NCBI GenBank assembly: GCA_040954595.2
Contig: CM082594.2
Location: 9,676,296 to 9,740,295 of the forward strand
Source of the DNA: Balanoglossus misakiensis
Lineage: Eukaryota; Animalia; Hemichordata
Reading direction: 5' to 3'
DNA: 64,000 bases
Shown: one piece after another, positions 14,601 through 25,624 of the stretch
Layout: each line of letters begins with the position of its first letter
How positions within the stretch are numbered: the first letter of the stretch is position 1
The notes under the pieces: model-generated
Seen by the model: the letters and a program-made list of their open reading frames with translations, nothing else
Database searches by the model: none
Told to the model about the DNA's origin: nothing
Position numbers and translations under genes: made by a program

Positions 14601-17600
14601 CAATTAGATCAGAGCGCAGTGAGAAGCAATTAATCTCCAATGCAGTATTGGCGGTGTGATAACCTTTCCATAAATTGCTTGCTTTTCTTTTCCCCAATCA
14701 ATTCATCGTCAAATGCAAGGGGGAACAATATTAGTCTGGAAGCGGTTTTGCAAGGTTGATTGAAAGGCAACCTTTGAAGTAATTGCGTGGAAAAAGAAAG
14801 AAAATTAGAAAACTTGTGAATTATTTTAATCATGTAACACATATAGAGGGGTTCATTCTTTCTGCCTGAGTTCATAGAAATAAAAGTCCTGAATAATTGC
14901 CCATTAGGCCGGGATTTAGCGACTTCTGTAGATAAACATTAATTGTAAGAGGATTAGATTTTGATCAATACGGCAATTGAACCATAGCTTCATCAGATAC
15001 ATGGCCTGGGAGAATTTCCTTTTCTGTTTCCTCTCTTAATTGCGTTCACGACTGCATTCCACGATCTAAATATTCCAGCTTTTGTGATATCGAGGAAGCA
15101 TCTGACTGGGAGAAATTAACAAGGTGTTGAATCACAGATGGTAGAGCTCTTTCTGCTGTTTGTGTGAAGTTGGACCTCTATAGAGGGAACTGGGGTGAAA
15201 GTGTGAAACGCAGATAAAATACGACATTGACAAACCAGACAATGTCCACCACAACCAGTATATTTGAATACCACAGAGTATAGCTGCTTCTGATTGGTCG
15301 TTTCCATGGAAATTAAATTTTTGCATACAAGTATGGAGCCATATTGGACATCCCTAGTGTCGGGCGCTCGCAAATCTAACAATTTTTCAAGCCGTAGTCA
15401 ATCTTCATAAGTCAGAAACTCCAGAGAGAGATATAAGAGGAATGGATAACATACATGTGCAGACAGACGAGTGGAATTTTTTTTTCTTGGCAGCAGAGTG
15501 AGCAAAGAAGAGACTGCACTGGAAAATTCTCTGAAGCATGCATTGCCTGTAGCTATCAATGATAAACTTTCACACATGGAGGCGCCTGATATTGTTTCCG
15601 ACTTCCCTGTCGCCAGCAACTTGACAAATCCATACAAAGCTGCGTGTTTCAGATTCAGACAATAATAATATCTTCAAGGAGATTTGTCTTTGTAGAGATG
15701 ACACCTACCCTCATTTTTTTCATCCCATGTTGGTCATATTTCTGTGATGGATAAAACTTTGATAATATTATCCATTAAATATTAAAGCACAAAGTATGCC
15801 AGACTCCATGAGTATTGCTAGCATTTGTCTTGCCAACCAGGCCTATTACCCATGATGCCATTGATGGCAAATGAAGTCCAATTTCAGTTGTTAAAAAAGG
15901 AACATTGCATCTTACAAGACAAACTGAAGCAACCAATGAGGACATCAAAGATAGCAACCGTCCTTTCAATGACACGCGTGGATCGAGACTAACTTGTCAA
16001 CAGAATCTCAGAATTGAAAGAGACAATATTATCTCGTGTGCCCTGTGGACACAAATATGTTGTAATTCTCTGAGAAATTACCTTGTTTGTGGAATAAAAA
16101 AGTCCACAGATTAGCTTCATTGTAACTCTGTCGGAATAGGACACACAGAATGAAATCTGACTGTCCGTTGCTCTTGTAGGATATTAGTAAATCATGTTGT
16201 CAGAACCAGACTTGTGTCACGGGTTTACCTTGTGATACTACATGGATAGTTGATAGTGTGAGGGAAACGTCCAGCACAGATGTGTGTCATTATAAGTGCA
16301 AAATATGTCATTGGAATGTTTTTAGTTTTATCGCAAAAGTTATCTAGATACTTGTTTATAGGGGAAATAGATATGAAGTATGGGATGAAGGGAAAGTGAG
16401 ATCCTGGAATAGTCAGTAGTTGTAACTATACGGAAGATATGCAGACACTGTAGATTGTGTTTTCCGGGGTGATCGTGGTGTAATTTACGGGATAATAGCT
16501 TCAGGGAAGTCAAGAAAATGTTATAACTTAATTAGCAAAAATAGGCACCATGTTTATTCCCAACGACCAGTCATACCTGCGTCGTTGCTTATAATGTATA
16601 GCATAAACTGAGACCACAACAGGGCATGGTTTCGTTTATCTGACGTGGAAAAAAGTGGGGAAAAGTACTTGATCAGCTGAGTCTTCAAATATTGCTGTGT
16701 GTTTGATGTTTTTATCTGAATGCATAAGCAGAAGATGACTCAGTCATGTGGTTTTGTGCTGCATGTTTGTTGTGTACAGAACATTGCCCGTAGTAAAAAT
16801 CACTAATTTGAAATCCCAGAGCGTATTTTTTCATTACCGCGGCAACAGAGTCTCCAAAAGGGCCCCAAGCTGACATTTGCAGTCTTTACTGCAGAACCAC
16901 ATGATGATGTACGTGTGTCTGCGATTATTACCTCCAGTGTAGTAGGTGTCTGGTGCACGTAAATCCAGAAATCAAATCAGAAAATCAGCTTGTCCGATCA
17001 GTTAGTCTCCTTCAAAATTCAGCTCTCGGATTGTCCGATTCTTATCAGAAGTTTTCACTTCATTAAGCATTGTTTATATTGATAATAAAAATTATGTGTT
17101 ACGTGACGAAGCTTTCAGAAAATTTGCCAGTAAACTGGAAGATTTAATGAAAGATCTGACAGCAGAACAGATTACAAGAATGGCCATTATAGAAACCACA
17201 TTCTTCGAAACAGACAGCATCAAAACCACATACTTATAATTTTTTAATGCTTGGAAGAAATTATGATTGAAATCACATCCTCTGGGAATTGACAGAACAG
17301 TTCTTTTGCTGATTAAATTATTTCATTTAGAGTTGTTAAAGATGGTGTGATTTCATTAGTTTCGTCAGCTCAGCAAATTATGGTGTATTTTTAGAGAATC
17401 TGTCGCTCAAGATTATTTCAGATTAGGTTGTGCTAAGATGGATTAAGATTTACAGGAGCTGGGGCCAACTTAGAAAATGTTTTAAAATGTTTCAAGTTTG
17501 TGTTGCATTTGAAACGGACAGCAAAGCAAGTAAAAACTGATCCTCCAGATACACAAGATTTCATCAAGATCAGCAAAAATATGAAGAAGATGCATTATTA

Positions 17601-18338
17601 AAAGCTAGCTTGAATTTAGGGCGCAGTCTGATGGATATTGGTTGGAAGGCATATTTTTTCATACTGAAGTAATATTTTCACAATGGTTAGCTTTTTAAAA
17701 AATACAAATCGATTGGTGGCTGCTAGTGATTTTTTACATCTCAGGCGCCAGCTGATTGTCGCTGCGATTATGTGCGAAATTCATGCAGATTTTATGAAAA
17801 TTGAAAAAAAAATAAGTCATACGGTTCAAACGATGCCGTAACTGCCTTTCCTCGTCTATTGCTGAGCTGTTTGATATGCTAGGGTTGCCATCAGTTTAAA
17901 CAATTTTCTAAAGTTGATAACTAGGATAAGAAAAAAATGAGAAAATCAGATTGAGAATTTCAAGTAGGGATTTCTGAGAGCATAAACCATGGCATAGTTT
18001 GCATTCTGACTTCTGAATTCAATTTATTCAGCAAAGATTAGGTCGGTAAATTTACTGCGTGCATTTTTACGTTTCAGTCAATTTTGATGGATTAGTAGCG
18101 TGACATCTGTACCGAGGAAATCCAATCACAAAGCTCTTGTCCATTCCGTAGTATATGTTGTTTCCAGGTCTAGAGGAAGAAGGAGATTTGTTACGCAGGA
18201 ATGCACAGATTGAAGAGAGAAGTCGACGACGTTTTTTGCAGCCAGAATGCTACGCAGGTGGAAATCGATAATGGCTAGTCAGAATGTGTGCTCTGTCCAA
18301 TCCTTTCTTCTTCTGCTGGAGTTGTGATGTCACGTCGG

Positions 18339-18366
18339 TCGGCAAATGTGTCTCGGCAAATGTGTC
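18339..18366. repeat. 14-bp perfect tandem duplication
   Basis: tcggcaaatgtgtc x2. Confidence 0.8.
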
Positions 18367-21300
18367 TTACAGAAGAGAGGCAGTTTTAATTCGTTCAGTT
18401 TATCAAAAGAACGTACCTGAAGTTTGACACAAATCTGATTCACATAAATATTATGCAGAAATTACTGCCTTGTAACTTGGGTCAAAGATCATTTTGCTAA
18501 TTATACACTGCTATTAAAATGTGCTTCTTAGTCGAGTGGAAATGAGTTGGTTAATTTTAAACTAAGCGAGTATATTAAAATCCCGCCTCATAAAGCCAAT
18601 TACCAGTTAACTTTATTGACAGTCTTATAATAGAATCACATAATATAATGTCATCTGTATTCAGCTAATTATTTGAAGAAAAAAAATTACAAAATCCAAA
18701 ATGAATTCAAAATCAGTGTTATGTCCAAGAAGTCTTCACCGCCCACTTACCCTTGGCTGTATTTTCTCAACCTGTGGTACGGTCATGTCCTGTCACGGCC
18801 CCACCTGGGATTCCCTCGGTCTCACAAACAACGGTACCTCCCAACAGAACTGTTAATGCGTCATCTAAGTGAGCCCCCTGGAGACAGTGAGCCCCTCAGA
18901 GACGCTTGCAAATGGCTGGATGATGCTTGCTGAACTCACGGCTGGTTTTCAAATCATTAAAAGTGGCCCTGTAGACCCATCAACGTCTCAACTGAAGTTG
19001 TTCCGTGCCGACCGATACATTGGAATACATTTCGTGGCCGTGTTTTGACACAGAGTTGGCATGTAATATAAGCAAAAGTGACTTTCCAACGATTTGCTGC
19101 AGGCAATATTCACCCATTCTACGTTGCTACATGATCAGCTTTCAGTGAATTTACACATTTGTTGTCTGATACCACAAAAAGAGAAAAATGAATGAACAAT
19201 TTCATAAAATTGTGATGTGTGGTGAAGTGTAGGACAATGATTGTTTCACTAGTCTCAATCAAGACTCAAATTGCAATGATCTGAATTGTTGCAATCTGGG
19301 TTAAATCTTTAGATTTGAATATTTTCAGGTTTCTATGTGTAAAATATAATGGTAATTTTAACTTCAAAGAAATAAATGTTAAATTGACTGTTTCAAAGGG
19401 GAGTATAATTAAAATGGTTTTTAAAACCCCCAAAATTGTTCTAAAATGTGTATTGATGGTTTTTCGGAAAATAGATCATGTTAGCCTCAAGAACGTGAGC
19501 TTGAATACACAGCGGTAGATTTTTATCACAGAAATTGGTGAACAAGGTCCGCTCTGATGAAATGTATTAGAACTGATGTCCGTATGGACCTGTCACATTC
19601 CAAGAGGTGTTCCCCTGTCAGTGAAGGAATTCCTCTGTGGGTCTCCTGTCCATCTAGAAAATGAGGTTCTAATAGATTTGTCACCGAAACTTGTAGTTAA
19701 TTTTGCGCGCAAGGAAATTTCCAAGGCGAGTGCCCTGACAGGTCTGGCACCTAAACACCTAATGAGTTTTTTCTGGCTGTGAGTTCTTGAAATGCCTGGT
19801 TGTCTAATCTATATTGAGTTGACCCACTCTGTTGAAACCTGTCGTATTCTTTCAAAAGAGTCATTCTAGTCATTACGTCAGCTTGTAAAACCTGTCATTG
19901 TGGGAAGAAGGTTTGTAAAGAAACTTCGTGTTTATCCCCAACCGCAAGAAAAAGTTCAGGTCATTGAGATGGCAGACTAGACATGTGAAATTGAATAATA
20001 CATACTAGTAGAATAATCGCCAACTGAATTTCTAGCTTTATCGAATCATTCTGAAATTGCCATATTCCAGTAAATGTTGTTATCGCTACATACTGATTTA
20101 TTCATTGTGCTTTTAGTAAAATTCGTAAAAATGGTTTGTAGATTGTAATAATATCAAAGCAGCTCTTCGATGAAAATTAATGACATTCACAGCAACGGCT
20201 CATCGGACTCTAAATGAATATGAAATTTTGCCCAAAGTTTAATCAGGTTCTGTGCCATGAAAATGCAGAATATGCAGCAAGAGGTAAATTTCTAATGCAG
20301 TTTGTTAGAGGGCGCTGATACCATGATAAAATCATAAAATGAAATTGAAAGTTCATATCTTGCAGCTGTGACACTGATCTATTAAATGTTTACAGAAAAA
20401 AATCACATACATCATCATTTTTGATGGCCTTGCTTAAACTTATCACATAATCTGTGATCTCTTGCCATTTCTAAAAGATCAGATTACTGGATCTGGAATA
20501 GTAATTTAAGCTCCAGTTGTGCCATTTTTATATTTTCATCAGTCTTTTGTTCTTCCTTGTGTCAAAATAAGTTCACAGTCAGCGCTAGTATTCAGTGCAC
20601 TTGAGTAAGACATTGTGGACTTATTTCAAGAGTATTGTCACCAAAATCAAACACTTCATGTCGCATTAGTTGGTCATCTGTCTTTGTCAGAAGTTTCTTT
20701 AAATCGGGCGTTTGAAGTTAAGTGAATACATCTCCGTCTTTGCGTAGAATTGAAAAGATCGGTTGTGACAGAAATGGCCTCTTTTCTGCTTTCTGTTTTG
20801 TGTAAGCCGATAATCTGATTTCTGCTGATACGCTGTGTAAAGATCAGGCCGTCATCATTTCTTTGTGTATTCAACAACATCTTAAGGTAGTATGCGGCTT
20901 ACTATAAGTACATGTACTATAATTTTTCGAAAATATCTGTTCTCAATTAAGGCGCATACAACCTTAATTTCACCTCATTTTGACCACCAGTCAGGTTTCA
21001 CAGGTGGGTCACTTCTGGTCCAGTCTTTTTGTTGTCGTGGTAGCATGCCAGGGCATGTTGTCTCATTTTGAAGTGAAAAAAAAATACACTGAATAACATT
21101 TGTGTGCACTGGTGATCATTCATTGTAATTGAAAAGTTCATATGTGGGTGCCAAAGGTTTACGACACGTGGAGCTGTCGGTCACTTTGCTGGTTTTGGCT
21201 CTGTTTTGGATCGTAATTCTCAGGTAAAGTGTTTCCTATATATCATATTTCGTGGATTATTTTCAGTTCAGCTTTATTTGTAAAAAGATCTCTGTCATAA

Positions 21301-24223
21301 ACAAAGAAAAATCTGGATCTGATACTTTCTGATAGGCTGCTTGAGTGTTGATCTGTTTTTACAACTTTGTCATGTGAAGTAATTTTCAGAGATTTATTCC
21401 CATTATGTGTGTATGGTTGTAGATGAAAACATGGTTCGTAACTTGATCTCAGGATGCCACAGGTTTCAAAGTGTTCAGTTGCCAGAAATGATACCATGAC
21501 CTCCTTAACACTCAGCATTATTGACATCACCTCTAGAGTACAATCCTGCAAATCTGTTGCCATGGCAATCGAAAGATTTGTCATTTTAGGATCAACCTGC
21601 AACTGTCCTAGTTATCATCAATCTCTGTCGGATGACTTGTGTGTTCAACGCTGGATTAGAGTCGAGATTTCCTAGTGTTTCGTTGGCACAGTTTCATTGG
21701 CGTGAATCCAATATTCCCGAAAGTTTAATTACAAGAACACTGAGATGTGCAGGTAGTCAGACGTTGAAAGCCCAGGTGTGAAAGAGCAGCTTGTCGTTCA
21801 CAAAAACAATTATACCGGAGACAAAAGCCATTCTCATTTCAGATATTTCTATTTCTGGAACTAAAGCTGTCAAAAATCTCACCAAGCTCAGCTCATGTCT
21901 AAATTAAATTAAGTGACACTGTGTTGTGGACAGTTATATCGTGTCACTGCATGCTGCTATAGAGTAGGACACTGTGATCTAACGGAGAGTTCTCATGAAT
22001 GTCTTGAAAGATTCCAGGGTTTTTATTTGTCATCATACAATGGTGGGGTTCCGTGACTGAACAGGCCAATTGTTGTGCCCGGTCCAGGTAGCCTGACCTT
22101 CAAGATTTTTTTGTTGGTTCCACAAGAACAGAAAAGGGTGACTTTGAACTTATATTTTGTTCAAAAGAGAACGAAGGCAGACTGAGGTTTCTGAATGATT
22201 TCCGAATAGCCTTAAATTTTCTGTTAAAATTGATATTTGCTCGTGTTTCGCCGAAAGAGAAGTTGCTTTCACGACTGTGTGTTAGGTATGCAAATAAGGC
22301 CTGGGCCTTTGTCGTATAGTGCACACTGTTACCCTTTGTATAGCTGGTTGTTTAGCTAACTGTGTACAGATAGCCACTGGTTGAATGAATCTCTGTTCAG
22401 ATTCGTCTTCACTCGTATTTAGTGTACCTCTGAATAGCGTGCGTGCTGACAAAGCCTTTTGTGTGGCCTTCTTGTCTGCATACGTATACTGGGATGAGCT
22501 TTTATGTCTATTGATGGCTCGGTCAGCCAGCCTTTTAAAAAAGCTCGCTCTGTGTTGAATAGGTCTGATCCCTTCAGGTTACTTGTAGAGTGTGCGTCTC
22601 GCCGAGAATGGGACACACAGACACGCCACGGCTGCCGATGCTGCAGCTTGGACTGTGCACATTCTCATAGACGTTGACGCTAATCAAAATCGTTCAGCTA
22701 GAGGACAAGTACACGTTGTGAACATTTAATCTCTCGGCGAAGTCAGTGACCGAGGAGGAAAGAACCACAGTCTGATGGCAGGTATGGCTCTGAAAATCCA
22801 TGTTGACAATCAGAGGACTCAGTTGAAAATAACCTTGGATAAGTTGGTGAATGGGGCGTGTGTGACTATGTAGGCATAAGATTCTACAAAATTAATATGT
22901 GGAACGCATTCTTGCATAGAGAGCAATACACACTTCTGTCATCAGTGCGTATTTTTGTGTGTGTGCACCATGCCCCCAGGTACCGGTATGTCTGATGGTG
23001 TTGTCTCAAGATGTACAGTGTGTCATTCAAAAGAACTTCATCAAAAAGCTACCCTAGTCCTACTTGCAATGTATTGCTGGCAAATTTCTATTGAACACTG
23101 CCAGGAGATACAGTTACAAACACTTCATTTGGCACGTCACGTGGCCACTGCTACCCTTCTCAGTCAAAATGGCCACAGGGTGTAGATTTTATCTCTGTGA
23201 GCAAAAGAGGGTGAAGGGAATAAAGTATGCATGTACTTCTTCCCCACTGCAGTGTAGCATCAAGGTTTTCACCGCACTTGCTTGACTTAATCCTGCATGT
23301 AGCCATGTCAGATAAAACCCATACAAATAAAACTGCTGTTTTATCGCGACTGTGCGAGTATCGTAGTTCTGAGATAATTCATGCCAAAACCCATTAAAAC
23401 AAGTAAACAGTTCAAATGACATCTTCTGTATTATGTTGTAAAACTTCGCATCAGCACTGAAAGCGTACAAGATAGTTTTTACACAGAGGCAGCCATTTTC
23501 TGTCAATTTATGCAAATTCTAACGGAACAGAGACTGATCGGTGATTCTGCAATTTGCGTGTTGTGACCAAAAGTGGCCTGACACATGCTTCAGCTTGTTT
23601 GAAAAGTTTTCAGAAATTCAAGATTGATTTGTTCTTTGTCGATTATACGGACAATAGTTTTCAAAGTGTGCTGGGTGTCTTCCATCAAGTTCTTGTGGCT
23701 GCTGTTTCGTTGTCATGGACGCCATTCTTGTTCCTACTTGCTTACCGAATCTTTTGTCGCGAGGAATTCCAGCATCGGTTTGTTTATTGATTATTGTTCT
23801 GTCCCCATCATACATGACACCTTTCAGTCCAAGGGTATGCTATTGATTTTTGTTTCTCAACCAGTATTTGGTAATTAAAAGTAGATTGCACAATTATGGT
23901 GACTTAACACAATCTTTTATTGGATTTAACACAGATTTATAAGTCTGTGGTGATTGTAGCAAACGCCAAATTGCTTTCTCGACACCATCAGCAACTCTTT
24001 CGTGATGTAACGCACTGTTATTCAGTAGCAATGTTGTCGCTGTTCATTCTTAACCTGATGTCAATTTACGCAAGGGCAAAAGTGACAAGACCTTTATTTG
24101 CCAAGTGTCTACTCGGTGGTTACCTCAGTGTTTTTACTGCCTGTCTGTCATTGTCTTCCCAAGTCTTCCATTGTCCCAGCAAGGCAATAAGTTCAGTCCA
24201 ATAATTGTCTCACTTGTTCATTC

Positions 24224-24418
24224 AGAGAGAGAGAGAAAGAGAGAGAGAGCTAGAGAGAAGAAACAAGATTCTATGTTCAAAATGTCTATATAACTTCAGA
24301 GCGAGAGAGAGAGATAGACAGACAGACGGAGCCGGAGACATAGAGAGAATGACAGACAGTTGAAGACGGACAAAAAAGACAGACAGACATTCTAACTTGT
24401 TTATTCTGAGAGAGAGAT
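24224..24418. repeat. Degenerate (GA)n/(GACA)n microsatellite
   Basis: Runs of gagagagaga and gacagacagac. Confidence 0.8.
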
Positions 24419-25533
24419 GCAAGCAGAAGATTCTCCTTTCTCAGTCACGTTTCTTTCCGTTCATTGTGAAAAGAAAATTGAAATGCCTTCTAAGAACTCC
24501 TGACAGTGACAGGTTGATTCTTCACATAATTATGGTGAAATAGAATCTTTCTGTAAGTGCAGGAATTCACGGAAGCATTTCACTGGAAAACACCTCAAGC
24601 AACCATGTCTTTTTATCCTCCCGTGTCTGTAATTCAATCTGGTACAGCTGTTTCTGTCAATAAAAACTTGTAGTTTGGAGCACTCTCATTGGTTAAAAGA
24701 ATATCAATGATATCGCAGATGTATTTTAAAACTATTGTAAAGATACCGATGACAAATAGTAAATTGAGGACTAGTTTCATTGCTGCAAGACAGGGTGGTT
24801 TGTTTCTGTATTGATCTGAAGCATACTTTGAAAGTCACTCTCTGTTTTCTCAGAATAACGAGACTGGATTTTCTTCATAAAAGTACCGTCCTGCTAGGGT
24901 TTGCAAATTTGTTGTAGATTTCTTTAGAGTGTTGAAACAAGTTTGGTGTTGCATTCTGGGTAATGGAAAAGCATGGACATGAGTATAGGGGTGACCCCAT
25001 ATTGGAATGTTGTGTGTCTGGTCTGAGAATTGAGCTTTAGATTTCTGAATTTCCTGTATTTCAGACATGATTTAACTTGAATTTTTCAGTTGTGATTGAC
25101 TCAAAGTTAAAAGCAAAAACAGAACTCAAGCAAGCAAAAAAGAGAAGCATGTAATGTTGGCTTGGCATTCTTGGTGGGAAAGATTAGCTCCAAATTGTAT
25201 GTTGAGTGAGTGGTGAGTTCATTGAAAACCCGCTAATTGGTTCTCAGTTCAACTGCTGTTCACAAAAGCAGCTGACCCGGCTATTCAATCGCCGTGCTCA
25301 GTCAATCTGACACGGTCAAAAAAGGGAAAATAAAAACGGGTTAGTTCCATTTCAGCCTGTTGAGTGCAGCGTTTGTTTGTGAACAGTGGGTCTTTTCTGT
25401 GACCTGCTTGGTACCATGCATGCCATCGTACGAGAAAGCCTTTTAAATCTCATTTTCATGTATCCAGGATCCACATTTGGTTTCTAAATCATATCCACTT
25501 CTTTTTCTGGGCAAGATTGAAGTAGGAAAGGTG

Positions 25534-25603
25534 TGACCTTGTTCAACTGTACAAGTTATACTAAAATATGACATTGTTCAACTGTACAAGTTATACTAAA
25601 ATA
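25534..25603. repeat. 35-bp tandem duplication just upstream of the ADAR acceptor
   Basis: tgac(c/a)ttgttcaactgtacaagttatactaaaata occurs twice with one mismatch. Confidence 0.9.
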
Positions 25604-25624
25604 ATTATCTTTATTGTTACCTAG

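Noticed and set aside
480-25068. Many 60-120 aa ORFs in the track
   Set aside because: They show no recognisable domains, often start at non-ATG codons, and match the random expectation for AT-rich non-coding DNA.
25534-25603. 35-bp repeat as a CRISPR array
   Set aside because: There are only two adjacent copies, no spacers, and the context is eukaryotic.
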